DNA from: Thecamonas trahens ATCC 50062 | Lineage: Eukaryota > Protista > Apusomonadida | DNA: 64,000 nucleotides | Reading direction: 5' to 3' | NCBI RefSeq assembly: GCF_000142905.1 | Contig: NW_013657663.1 | Location: 186,001-250,000 of the forward strand | Shown: positions 43,738 to 54,731 of the stretch, piece after piece | How the letters are laid out: each line of letters opens with the position of its first letter | Numbering within the stretch: the first letter of the stretch is position 1 | The notes under the pieces: model-generated | What the model was told of the DNA's origin: nothing | Database searches by the model: none | The model's input: only the letters and a program-made list of their open reading frames with translations | Position numbers and translations under genes: made by a program

Positions 43738-43918
43738 TCACCCGATGCCCGAACCCGTGCGGCCGAGAGGCACACCCCGACTCGGCCGTGGTCCAGGAGG
43801 CTCGACAGCTGCACAGAGCCACCTGACTCTCTCATCATCGACATGTACGCACACGGTGCCCATGCACCCATGGACCCACTCCATGCCCATGCCCATCCCT
43901 ACCACCAACCACCGTTCC

Positions 43919-45517
43919 ATGCCATCCCCTTCTCCCACTCCCCCTCCCCACCACTCCCTTCCAAGTCGTCGTCGCACATGCGAGTGAGCGTGCAGAGAGA
44001 CTCACACAGACGAGGCGAGGGGGGACAGGGCGACAGAGAGCACTCGGCTGGTGGGAGCCAAAGACGCGTACGGAAGGCAGGTTGCTGGCTACGACAGCTC
44101 CGAGACGTTTACCGGAGTGAAGAACCATGGGCGTGGGTGCAAGGACATCCTGTTTGCCATCCTCTTTCTGGCGGCGGTCATTGCCTTTATCGCGGTGACG
44201 GCCGAGGGCTTCAAGAAGGGCGATCCACACTCGCTCATCTCCAAGTCAGACCAGGTTCCGACGTCAGCATCGGCCAAGCTCCGGGAGCGGGCCAAGCTGC
44301 AGTTCTCCAAGGTGGTGGGCCAGATGCGTGACCAGTGGCGGGTCATTCTCGGCTCGGCCGGCCTCGCGGTCTTCCTCGCGCTCGTCTGGGTCCAGCTCCT
44401 GCGGTTCTTCACCAAAGTCTTCATCTACCTCACGCTCCTGCTGGGCATCGTGCTCCTCACTGCGCTCTCGATATTTATGCTTTCAGTCGGCAAGGAACGC
44501 AACAACAAGTTCCTGATTGTGGCCGGTATCGCCGGCCTCGTCCTCGCCGGCATTGTCTGCCTGGTCGTTGTGGGCCTCCGCAAGAAGATCGCGCTGACGG
44601 CGCTGATGATGCGCGAGGCATGCGGCGGGCTGGACCACAACCCGTCGCTCCTGCTCTTTGCCGTCTTCACCATGGTTCTCTTCCTCGGCTTTGCTGCGTA
44701 CTGGCTCGTCGCCTTTGTCTACCTGTACACGGTGCCAGACGAGTCGATGCAGCACTCGATGTACTTTTGCGTCTTTTGCTTCTTCTGGTTCTCGGGCGTC
44801 ATGGCTGGTGTGTTTAAGACGACCGTCGCCGGCGGCATGGCGTCGTGGTACTTTAGCCGGACCGTCGGCTCGCAGGATCTCGCATCGGACTCGTTCTCGC
44901 CAGCGTTTGCCACCTTTGTCCGGTCGTGGACGCTCTCGCTCGGCTCCATCGCCTTTGGCACCCTTCTCACAGCGGTGGTCAACTTTATCAACTGGCTCCT
45001 CACCAAGGCCCGCAAGCACTCGTCGAACAAGTTCATCCGCTGCCTCATCGCCTGCGTCCAGTGCTGCCTCGGCTCGATCGAGCGCCTCATCGAGTTTGTC
45101 AACAAGTACGCCTTTGTCTACATTGCCATGTACGGGGAGTCATACTGCCAGGCCACCAAGTCGGTCTACGCCCTGCTCAAAGACCAAGGCATGTCGCTTG
45201 TCGCCGTCGACTTTATCTCGGACTTTATCCTCTTTGTCGGCAAGATCGCCGGCACCGCCGCGTCCACCCTCCTTGCCCTCGGCATCCTCCACTCGCGCGG
45301 CGACTCGGTCTCGGGCCTCACCATCACCGCCATCATCCTCGTCTCGTACATCTGCTTTGACATTGTCGCCCACATTCTCGGCATGGGGGTCGACTCGGTC
45401 TTTACCTGCTACGCCGAGGATCTGGCCCGCAACAAGGCCTCGGGCAACTACATCATGTCGCAGAACGTCCATGTTGAGCTCCAGGCCGTTGCCGACTCGC
45501 ATGCCGTCAACTCGTAA
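43919..45517 (+). CDS. Choline transporter-like protein (CTL/SLC44/PNS1); 5' end uncertain (possible intron 43984-44028)
   Basis: RGCKDILFAILFL, ~10 TMs, VAGGMASWYF, SLGSIAFGTLL, IEFVNKYAFVYIAMYGESYCQA, GVDSVFTCYAED. Confidence 0.88.
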
Positions 45518-45727
45518 CAAGCACACTCTTCTCCCCCCCCCCTCTGGCCGTCGTTCCTTCCACCGCTGTTCACCACTGGCCACCGACTTGCCCACCGACT
45601 ACCCGCCCCTCGCCACCACCGCCATCACCACCACCGTCAGCACTCCTCTTCGCCAACCTGCACCACTTGACGGCACACATTTGTACCACCACCACCACCC
45701 ACCACTACCACAACAGCAGCAAACAAT

Positions 45728-45758
<31 letters not shown>

Positions 45759-45828
45759 CCCCTCCTTTGTCAAGGTCTTGTTCAGGCAGCGAAAGTAGGC
45801 ACAGACCGTTGTTCGCCAGTTGACAACC

Positions 45829-46659
45829 ATGGCGAGGAGAACATCATCCAAGGGCAAGAGCAAGGACAAGGACAAGGGCAAGGACAAGGGCAAGGGCAAG
45901 GGCAAGGGCAAGGGCAAGGGCAAGGGAAAGAGCAGGAGTAGGGGCAAGGGAAGCAAGAGCTCCCGCTCTCGTCGCTCAAAGTCACCGCCGGAGCGGACCC
46001 AGCTGACCGAGTTCACCACCAAAGGCAAGAGCAAGAGCAAGAGCAAGAGCAAGAGCAAGAGCAAGAGCAAGAGCAAGGGCAAGGGCAGAGGTAATGGATC
46101 GGGATCAGACTCAGGATCGGTCTCGGGTGGAAATCGGGCATGGCGAGTCCCGTCGGACGAGCTGTCGTCGTCGTTTGACGAGTACGATGCCGACTACTTT
46201 CGTGTCGGCACGACCAAGCTCGGACGCAAGCTGAAGCGGGCGGCGATGCTGCGGGAGCAAGGCGATTTTAAGGGATCTCTGAAGGCACTGAAGCAGATCT
46301 CGCGGCGGTTCCCGGAAGAGTCGCAGGTGTGGGACGAGCTCGGGCTGACGTACATGGCTATGAGCGAGTTCTCCAAGGCCTACGACGCCTTTACCGCCGC
46401 CATCGAGCACCACCCCTCGTTCCTCATTTACGGCCATCGCGCGTTGTGCGAGGTCCGCCTCGGCCAGTACACGCCTGCGCTCCACGACTACGACACCGCC
46501 ATCGATCTGGTGTGCGACGACTCGCGGGCGACCAACGATATCTTCAACGAGCTCAAGCACGGCCGCAAGCTCGCCGCCAAGCTCGCCCGCCAAGAGTGGT
46601 CCGCCTCGGAATCGCTCACGGCCTCGGGCTCAGGATCCTCATCATCTTCGTACTCGTAA
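45829..46659 (+). CDS. TPR-repeat protein with Lys/Gly/Ser-rich N-terminus
   Basis: VWDELGLTY..AYDAFTAAIEHHP, YGHRALCEVRLGQYTPALHDYDTAI; (GK)n and (SK)n hexamer repeats. Confidence 0.75.
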   Translation: MARRTSSKGKSKDKDKGKDKGKGKGKGKGKGKGKSRSRGKGSKSSRSRRSKSPPERTQLTEFTTKGKSKSKSKSKSKSKSKSKGKGRGNGSGSDSGSVSGGNRAWRVPSDELSSSFDEYDADYFRVGTTKLGRKLKRAAMLREQGDFKGSLKALKQISRRFPEESQVWDELGLTYMAMSEFSKAYDAFTAAIEHHPSFLIYGHRALCEVRLGQYTPALHDYDTAIDLVCDDSRATNDIFNELKHGRKLAAKLARQEWSASESLTASGSGSSSSSYS

Positions 46660-46911
46660 ATTCTCCCCAGCCGAAAAGCCATGTCACCATGGGCCACCCA
46701 ACGAGTGCCGTTTCCCAGGTGTGCTGCGTTCTGTCCCGCCACCCCGCCCTCCCCACTCACCCCTCGCCACCTAACCACCTCACCACCTCACCACCTCCCC
46801 CCTCCCCCCCCTCCATTCCCAACTCCGGTGGTCCCCCCTCCCCTTCTTCCTTGGCTACCCCCACGTCGCCCTCCCCTGGGTGTGCTCCCTCCCCCCCCCC
46901 CCACCTTTGCC

Positions 46912-47961
46912 ATGTCCTCGGTCTCAGCAACACGCTCCGCCACGCCTTCGTCAATTTCGTCGTCGTCGTCGGCGGCTCCGGACCGAGGCTCCGGGCAGAT
47001 GTCTCTCCCACGCGCTGGTGCGTCGTCGCGCCCGCTGTGGGCGGTAGAGGGCCGACAGCCGACAGGCAGGCATCTTCGATGCCCAGCTGCGGCTGAGGCT
47101 GAGGCTGCGGCTACGGCTGGTACGCCCTCGGCCACCTCCCAGGCAGACTCGGCCGCTTCGCCCTCGCTCTCGGTCTCGGTCTCGGTCTCGGACGTGCTGG
47201 CGTACTCGCTCTCGCTCGACTCGTCCACCATCGAGGACAAGCAGCTGTATTCGTACTCGTCGGCGTCGTCGTCGGTTAGCCCGTCTTCTGCCTCGTCGGC
47301 GGCGTCCTCGGGCTCGTCGGCGTCGTCGTCGGTCTCGGCGGCGGCAGCGGTGGCTGGCGCGGCATCCCGCTCCCGCTCGCGGGGTCAAGGTGCGGGCGCA
47401 AATTTGCAGGCGCGTACGCGACGCAAGCACAAGAAGAAGAAACGGCGGCGGAGCAAGGTGCTCGACGCCCCCGGCCCATCGGGCATCGATGAGGCGCCTG
47501 CGTCCAGCGGGCGACGCAAGAAGAAGAAGAAGCGCAAGCGGCGGACCGACGATGCCGCACCGACGCCACCGTTTGCTACCCCACTGGCTTCACCGCGCCA
47601 CGAGGCATTTGCAACACCGATGTCAACGCTGGCGTTCAAGACGCCGCTCCCACGCGTCTCGCTCAAGACCAATGCCGACGGCTCGCCACGGCCAACCCGT
47701 GGCTCGTGGCCGGTCTTTACTGCCGCCGAGGTTGCGCTCAACTCGACGGCAACGTCGTGCTGGCTCTCGGCCAATGGCAATGTCTACGACGTGACGCACT
47801 TTCTCGACGACCACCCCGCAGGCCCTCAGTGTATCTTGGGCCGGGCGGGCGGCGACGCAACAAGGGACTTTGAATTCCACCTGTCCAAGGGCAAGGCCAT
47901 GTGGAAGCGGTTCCAGATCGGCGTGCTCGACACAAAGTCTGCCGGTTGCAGCATAATGTAA
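46912..47961 (+). CDS. Cytochrome b5-like heme-binding domain protein with C-terminal CaaX
   Basis: CWLSANGNVYDVTHFLDDHPAG..AGGDATRDFEFH (both heme His present); ends CSIM-stop. Confidence 0.82.
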   Translation: MSSVSATRSATPSSISSSSSAAPDRGSGQMSLPRAGASSRPLWAVEGRQPTGRHLRCPAAAEAEAAATAGTPSATSQADSAASPSLSVSVSVSDVLAYSLSLDSSTIEDKQLYSYSSASSSVSPSSASSAASSGSSASSSVSAAAAVAGAASRSRSRGQGAGANLQARTRRKHKKKKRRRSKVLDAPGPSGIDEAPASSGRRKKKKKRKRRTDDAAPTPPFATPLASPRHEAFATPMSTLAFKTPLPRVSLKTNADGSPRPTRGSWPVFTAAEVALNSTATSCWLSANGNVYDVTHFLDDHPAGPQCILGRAGGDATRDFEFHLSKGKAMWKRFQIGVLDTKSAGCSIM

Positions 47962-48047
47962 AGCAGCCCGAATCCAGCCCGCCATCGCCAGCTGCTGTGG
48001 CGAGAGCAGAGAAGCCCGGGCCCGGGAGGCAACGGCCGGCGGCCCAA

Positions 48048-48605
48048 TCAAGCGGTCGACGGCGCGGCGGCATCAGCATCATCGTTGTCGTCACCCCAGT
48101 CCGGATCGTCGGCAGGTACCGCGCTAGCGCCGGCTTTAGCCTTCTTCCCGGCGATGGAGGGACCTTCCGGAAGTGAGGCGGCGTTGTCGCGGAGCCAGAT
48201 GCCAAGACGGCGAACGACCTCAACGACGTAGTCCTTTGCGTTGCCGTCGGTCACCATGGATTGGGTCTCCTCCAGCGAGTTCCACGTCCGCTCGCGAGCC
48301 TTGCGCTCCTCCCACTTCTTCTTCTTCAGCTGGTTGGTGGTGAGGAGGACAAAGAACTCGATCTCGGCATCCTTCTTCGCAAAGTAGACTGATCCCAACG
48401 AGTCGATGATCTCGCCCTCGACGCCAGCCTCCTCGCGGGTCTCCCGAACCGCAGCCTCCTCCGCTGTCTCTCCCGCCTCCACCGTGCCCTTGGGCAGGAC
48501 CCAGTTCTTGCCCGACTTGCTCGATGAGACCAGCATGACCTTGACATTGCCCTTCTTGGTCACCTTGATCGGCACACACCCAGACTTGGCCTTGCGCAGA
48601 GACAT
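48048..48605 (-). CDS. Nudix hydrolase, DIPP/Ddp1-like
   Basis: LVSSSK..WVLPKGTVEAGETAEEAAVRETREEAGV (Nudix box), WEE..RERTW. Confidence 0.88.
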   Translation of the reverse strand: MSLRKAKSGCVPIKVTKKGNVKVMLVSSSKSGKNWVLPKGTVEAGETAEEAAVRETREEAGVEGEIIDSLGSVYFAKKDAEIEFFVLLTTNQLKKKKWEERKARERTWNSLEETQSMVTDGNAKDYVVEVVRRLGIWLRDNAASLPEGPSIAGKKAKAGASAVPADDPDWGDDNDDADAAAPSTA

Positions 48606-49124
48606 GCTTGCGTACTTTCTACTTGAGTATACTTGCGTTGCGCAGTGAGTAGAGAAGTCTGCTCGCTTTCACACCCGCCCCCTTCCCGTCCTGCCGTCTT
48701 ATTGCCTCGAGTCATGGCATCCTTCCCGCCCGCTGCCGACATGATGAGCCGAAGCGGGTCGGTTTCCGGCGGCGACTGACCGCGGTTCAGATGCCGCCCC
48801 TGCCCCTCCCGCCTGATTTGTGCTAGTCCTTGCGGGCGTGGGCATCAAGCTGAACCCAGATGACCATTACTTGTTGCTAGACCACGTACAAGGGTGGTGG
48901 GAGTGGGGGTCAATCGATCGCTTATAGATCGGTCCAGGTCACATGGCTTCACATGGCCTGTCATCAGACCTGATCAGATCAAACCAGATCGGACCAGACC
49001 AGATCAGTTCAGATCAGACCGCCCACCCACCACCACCATCGCCCTAGCCCCGCTGGCAGGGGCAGGGGCAAGGCCACACCTCACTCCCCCCCAACCCCCC
49101 CCCCCTCTCAAGTAACCACCCGCC

Positions 49125-51218
49125 ATGAAGAAGGTCATTGCCCTCGTGTCGGGCGGCAAGGACTCGTGCTACTCGATGATGGAGGTGGTGGCGCAGGGTC
49201 ACGAGCTGGTGGCCATTGCCAACCTGCACCCTGTGGACGAGGAGACGGACGAGCTGGACTCGTACATGTACCAGACGGTGGGCCACTCGCTGATCGCGGC
49301 GTATGCAGATGCGCTTGATGTGCCGCTCTTTCGTCGCGGCATTGCGGGCTCGTCGGCAAACAAGGACAAGGTGTACAGACCGACCGAGGGCGACGAGGTC
49401 GAGGATCTCCGTGCGCTGCTGCTCGAGGTCAAGGCTGCTGTGCCCGAGGCCGATGCCATCGCTTCGGGCGCCATTCTCTCCGACTACCAGCGAACCCGGG
49501 TGGAGCATGTTGCGTCGTCGCTCGGACTTGCCTCGTTTGCCTACCTCTGGCATCGTTCGCAGGACCTCTTGCTCGACGCCATGATCGAGTCCGGCATAGA
49601 CGCCATCCTCGTCAAAATCGCCGCCATGGGCCTCGCCGTCGACCGCCACCTCGGTGCGCACCTTGCCGACATCCGCGACCACCTGTTCTCGCTCAACGCC
49701 AAGTACACGTCGCACATCTGCGGCGAGGGCGGCGAGTACGAGACGCTCACCCTTGACGCCCCGCTCTTCACCTCGCGCATCGTGCTGACCGAGACCACCA
49801 CCGTCGTAGTCGACGAGTCGATGTTTGCACCCGTCGCGCACCTGACTGTCAACGGCTTTACCCTCGAGGCGAAGGATCCCGCAGTCAGGGCGGAGCAGCT
49901 TGCGCAGATGCGGGGCGTCCTGGCGGCTTCGGCTGCCGCCGAGATCGAGGCCCGCAATGCGCGGCGTGCCTTGCCCGGGCTTGCCGCCGCCGCCACCGAC
50001 ACGCCACTCGCGGTCCCGGCCATGGTCGGCTATAGCCAGGCCGGGCAAGGTGGCGCGCCGCCGGCCCAGCTGCGGGTCACCGCACTCGCGCCCGAGACGC
50101 GGCTGGTGGCGCTGCAGGCGTGGAGCGCGCCGGCAGCGTCACTCGAGGACGAGGTGGCGGCGGTCATGGGAGCACTCGCTGACGGACTGGCGTCAGTTGG
50201 CGCGAGTTGGAGCGATGTTGCGTTTACTTCGATCTTCACCCAGGACCTTAGCCAGTTTGGTGCTATCAACGCGGCGTACGGCCCGTACTTTGGGGTCAAT
50301 CCGCCTGCGCGGGCGACGCTCCAGCTGCCGCTCGCCGGTGATGCTCGGCTCAAGATCGAGATGTGGGCAGCGGTCAACTCGTGCACGCCAGCCACGCTCC
50401 ACGTCCAGTCGATCTCGCACTGGGCGCCAGCCAACATCGGCCCGTACTCGCAGGTCAAGGACGTCGACGGCGTGCTGCTCATGGCCGGGCAGATCGGAAT
50501 GGACCCCGCGTCGATGGTCATTCCGCAACCGGCCTCGGCGGCGGGGGAGGCTGTCCAGATTGTCGCCAACATTGATGCCGTGCTCGAGGTGATGGCTTCC
50601 GGGCCAGCCGGCGTCGCTTCGGCGCTGGTTTGGGCCAACAGCCTCGACGACGCTGCCAACGTGTACATGCCTGCGTGGCGGGCGTACCTTGCCGACGCGG
50701 TCACGGGCATGGCGGTGCTCGCGCACTCGCCGTTCCTCCCGCGGTCGGCACTTCTCGAGGTCCAGGTCCTGGCTGTCACGACAGCACTCGACGACGACCT
50801 CTCGCCGGTCACGACGGGGAGTGCGGACGGCGTCGCGCCGGGCGTCAGCCTCACCACCGCCACGCGATCGTGGAGTACGAGTGCCGGCTCGCCTGCCTCG
50901 CTCCTGCTTGCCAACGTGTACGCTACAGACGGAAGCTGCGAGCGCGACGCTGACGCCGCTGTGACCGCACTCGCCGCGGGCCTGGTCGCTGCCACCGAGC
51001 GCGCCGCTGTGCCGCCGTCGCTGGTCCGGGTCTACCTCCCCACAGCACTCGACGCCAGCGCAGTCCAGGCCGCGCTCGACACCGTGGCAGTCTGCCCCGT
51101 CTCGGTCCTGCCTGTCGAGGGCGCGGTGGCGGTGACGTTCGACGCCGACTCTTCGCTGGCAAGTGTGCCCGACGCCGGATCCATCATGGCGGTGCTCGAG
51201 CTGTCTTCGCTTCCGTAG
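49125..51218 (+). CDS. DPH6: Diphthine--ammonia ligase with RidA/YjgF domains
   Basis: ALVSGGKDS, ELDSYMYQTVGH, GDEVEDL, GAILSDYQRTRVE, CGEGGEYET, LHVQSISHWAPANIGPYSQ. Confidence 0.95.
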   Translation: MKKVIALVSGGKDSCYSMMEVVAQGHELVAIANLHPVDEETDELDSYMYQTVGHSLIAAYADALDVPLFRRGIAGSSANKDKVYRPTEGDEVEDLRALLLEVKAAVPEADAIASGAILSDYQRTRVEHVASSLGLASFAYLWHRSQDLLLDAMIESGIDAILVKIAAMGLAVDRHLGAHLADIRDHLFSLNAKYTSHICGEGGEYETLTLDAPLFTSRIVLTETTTVVVDESMFAPVAHLTVNGFTLEAKDPAVRAEQLAQMRGVLAASAAAEIEARNARRALPGLAAAATDTPLAVPAMVGYSQAGQGGAPPAQLRVTALAPETRLVALQAWSAPAASLEDEVAAVMGALADGLASVGASWSDVAFTSIFTQDLSQFGAINAAYGPYFGVNPPARATLQLPLAGDARLKIEMWAAVNSCTPATLHVQSISHWAPANIGPYSQVKDVDGVLLMAGQIGMDPASMVIPQPASAAGEAVQIVANIDAVLEVMASGPAGVASALVWANSLDDAANVYMPAWRAYLADAVTGMAVLAHSPFLPRSALLEVQVLAVTTALDDDLSPVTTGSADGVAPGVSLTTATRSWSTSAGSPASLLLANVYATDGSCERDADAAVTALAAGLVAATERAAVPPSLVRVYLPTALDASAVQAALDTVAVCPVSVLPVEGAVAVTFDADSSLASVPDAGSIMAVLELSSLP

Positions 51219-51244
51219 CAAGCAGGTAAAGCACAGCAAGCAGG

Positions 51245-52445
51245 CTACGATGACGACGATGACGATTCATCAATGACAAACGCGACGCGCGAGGCACGGC
51301 GGGCCTCGGCCTTCTTGGCGCGTTCCTCGCGACGTCGCTGGCGGTCAAGCTCCTTGGAGGCGACGGCGCCGATCTCCGGCGACTTGCCGCCCGAGTCGCG
51401 AGCACGGGCATCGGCGGCGGCCTTGCGAGCCTTCGTCCGCTCGATGTCGGCAAGAATCCTGTTGCGCTTGCGAACAATGCGGGACTCACGAGTGCGGCGG
51501 GTGAGGACTACCTCGTAGACGATAAAAAGGATGGAGACCCAATTGGCGACGGCGGCCGCGACAATGAGGAAGAACGAGTACGAAAAGCGGCCATAGCCGT
51601 TGTCTGGGTCGATGATGGTCGCCTCCTTGTTGTACTGCTCCACGGCCTCGTTGAACTCGGCGTAGTACACCAGGTTTGCGACAACAAGGATGGTGGCTGC
51701 CACAGCGAGGAGAACGCACCCGGCGTACCACTCGCGGTCGCCCGACTCGGAGCCGAGCATGTCGCAGCACCGGCGGTAGGCCGGCCACAGCAGGTAGAGG
51801 AAGCAGCAGATGGCGCAGATCTCGATCAATATGGCGACAAACAAGAGGACAAAGACCTTGACCGAGTCGACTCGCACCTCACCCTCGGTCTCGCGGCACT
51901 TGTCCGACACCACGGCGCCCTCGGCCCGGACGCGCGAGCAAATGGTAAAGAGGCCGACATCGACCTTGATCTCGTTGGTGTTGACCTCTCCACGGACAGT
52001 GATCCACCCCAAAGTCGCCATAGCCACCACAGTCATGACCACCACCACCACTGAAATAAGGCACGGTGTCCACACCAAAAACACAGGCCGGTCTTTCTCC
52101 TGCACTCGCTCCCCGTCCGTAGAGTCGTCGCGCCCACCCCGCCCGTGTCCCACCCCGCCCCCGCCGCGCCACCCCGCCCATACGCCAGACGTGAGTCAGC
52201 CGTTGCCCCCCCCCTCTACTCCCGCCTCCCCCTCTCTATCGCCTTCCTCCCCTCCGTACCGCCACAAACAGCTCCTGTGCGTCCTCGTCCACCAGCTCGA
52301 ACCGTGAGGCAGCCGGACGGGGCACCAGTGCCTCGGAGACCAGCACGTTGAGGTGCTCCGAGAGCGAGTCTGGCTGCGACGGCTGCGACGGCTGCGACGA
52401 TGAAGACGACGAGCATGCCGACGACGAGTATGACGAGTATGACAT
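51245..52445 (-). CDS. Claudin-like four-TM protein; predicted exons 52445-52260 and 52099-51245
   Basis: W..GLFTIC..C loop-1 signature, four TMs, FSYSFFL before TM4; GCG|GTACGG donor and TGCAG|GAG acceptor in phase 0. Confidence 0.72.
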
Positions 52446-53053
52446 GGTCGAGTCCAGTGGCGAGCAGTGTCTCCCACTCCCACTGCGGAGGTGCTGACCC
52501 GGATACTAGCTCGCCAGACTGACGTCGTGTCGGACAGAAGCACATTGACCGGAGCGCATTTTTCTTCATCGCGCCTCTCGACACGATGGTTGATGCAGCA
52601 ACAATGGCTGCATCTGACTGTGTCACTACTCAACAGATCGACTCTGTCTTGACCTTGGCATACAGGGATTGGACTCTGGGGCTCTCTAGCTGGACAGCCG
52701 AGCCCGGAGCGGACTCTTCTGTCCATCGGCCATGTCTTGGGTGGTTTTCGACAGAGAGGGCCAACCATGGTCTCGAGAGTGATCGGCGATACTCGCCCCT
52801 CACACAGCGCGTGCGGGGGAAAGGGGGAAGGGGGGAGGGGAGGGGGGGGGTCATTACAGCGGCTGTACTTGTTTCTTGCAAGACAAAGGAAAGGGGATGA
52901 TAGCCGTAGTTGCGGAGCCGAAGCGGCGAATGGAGACTCAGTTGACCGGCAACGAGTGAGTGCGGAAATGGGTGACGGCGGGAGACGGACAAAGGTGGGA
53001 CGGGAGGGGGGAGAGCGGAAGGGGCACCTGACGCCACTCATTGCTCTTGGCTT

Positions 53054-54645
53054 ATGTCATTCTTCACAAAGTCGCCTGTGCAGGTACTTGTGGACAAAGC
53101 CACTGGAGAGCTTCTCATCGGACCAGACGCAGCACTCAATCTGGAGATTGCAGAGCTTGTCAACACCTCTCCTAATGCGTACGCGAGGAGGGTGGGAGGG
53201 GGGGGGGGGGGTGGGACGGGGGCGGCAGTACTTATGTGTGGTTATGGTGAGAGGGGGATAGGGCCAAGGATGCGGTGAAGCAAGTGAAGAAGAGGATGAA
53301 GAACAAGAACCCTAAGGTCTCGCTCCTGGCGCTCAATGTGCTGCAAGTGCTGATGCGGGAGGGCGACCAGCGGCTGTATCATCAGGTGGTGACGCAGAAG
53401 ATCCTGGGCGAGTTTGAGAAGATGATCGCAAAGTCAGATGCCAACGATCGGGTGGTGACCAAGATCCTTGGGCTGGTTGCCGCCTGGGGTGAGTCGTTTA
53501 AGGACATGGAGACGTTCTACATGTTTACCCAGCTGCAAGCCAAGTTTGCCCGCATGGGCCTCCCGTTTCCGCCGCGCGAGCCGGATGCGGTGTTCCAGCC
53601 ACGAATCTCGCACGCCGCCACTGCAGCTAGCGGAGCGCACCGATCTGGCCACGCCCGGACCGGTGACCGGCGGCGGAGCGGCTCGGGCTCGCGGTCGCGA
53701 TCGCGGTCGCAGGGTGCGGCGGCGCAGCCTGTCGACCCGGCGGTGGCCGCAGTCCAACTCGCCAACGAGCTCGAGATCATCAACAACAACATCATGCTTC
53801 TGGCCGAAATCGTGGCCTTTGCCAAGCCTGAGGACGACCTCACGCAGAACGACCTCGGCATGGAGCTATACCGCAATCTCAAGGCCGCACAGCCGCGGCT
53901 GAACACGGTCATCTCTCGCACTGCCGACGAGACCAAAATGTTCTCGCTGCTCGGCGTGGCAGACTCGATCAACAGCGTGCTTGACGACTTTGAGCGGGCT
54001 CTGACCGGCGAACTTGCGGCGACGACGTCGTCGACGGCGTCGGCAGACTCGGACGACGGCTCGGACGACTCGGCCGCCGCCGCCATCGCCGCTGTTGCCG
54101 CCGCCGAGGCCGCCGAGGCCGCCCAGCGTGCCGGCAACACCACGACCGCCCCGCCGCCGTCATCGGCGTCTTCCATTCCGGTCCTGGCGCCGCCACCCGG
54201 CTCGCGAGCTGGAGGCTCGCCAGGTGCAACGTCACCGCTCGCACCCGCCGCTGCTGCAGCAGGCTCGCCGGGCGGTTCGCTTCTTGACCTTGGGACGCCT
54301 TCTCCGGCAACAGCCGCGTCTCCTCCGCAGGCGGCGGCTACCACAACCGCAGCATCGCTGATGGACGTGTTTGGTGCCAACCCTGCTCCGCCGCCGTCGT
54401 CATCCAATCAGACGCCGCTCACCGCGGCGCCGTCGCTCTCATCCGGCGCAGCCGCACCGACCTCGATCGCCGCCGAGTTTGACACCTTGCTCTCGGGCAC
54501 CGGCTCCACGCCGCGGTCTGGCGCCGCCGCACCTGCAGCCGCGCCTGCACCTGCTGCTGTCGACGAGTTTGACGCCTTCCTCTCCTCACGAGTCGCGTCG
54601 TCGCCGCCGGCTACCGCCGCCGCCGGTTCGCCGTCGCTCATCTGA
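53054..54645 (+). CDS. TOM1-like VHS-GAT trafficking adaptor; intron 53179-53261
   Basis: LVDKATGELLIGPDAALNLEIAELVN..KKRMKNKNPKVSLLAL (VHS), GAT helices, LLDL clathrin box. Confidence 0.88.
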
Positions 54646-54731
54646 TTGGCACTGCGGATCATTACAAGTTTCGGCGTTCCTCACACACCTGACCCAACTG
54701 GATACCCCCCCCCCCACCCTCCCCCCCACCC

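Noticed and set aside
52216-52626. 136-aa ORF with a hydrophobic stretch as a separate membrane protein
   Set aside because: Alternate-frame reading of the Ser-rich first exon of the claudin-like gene.
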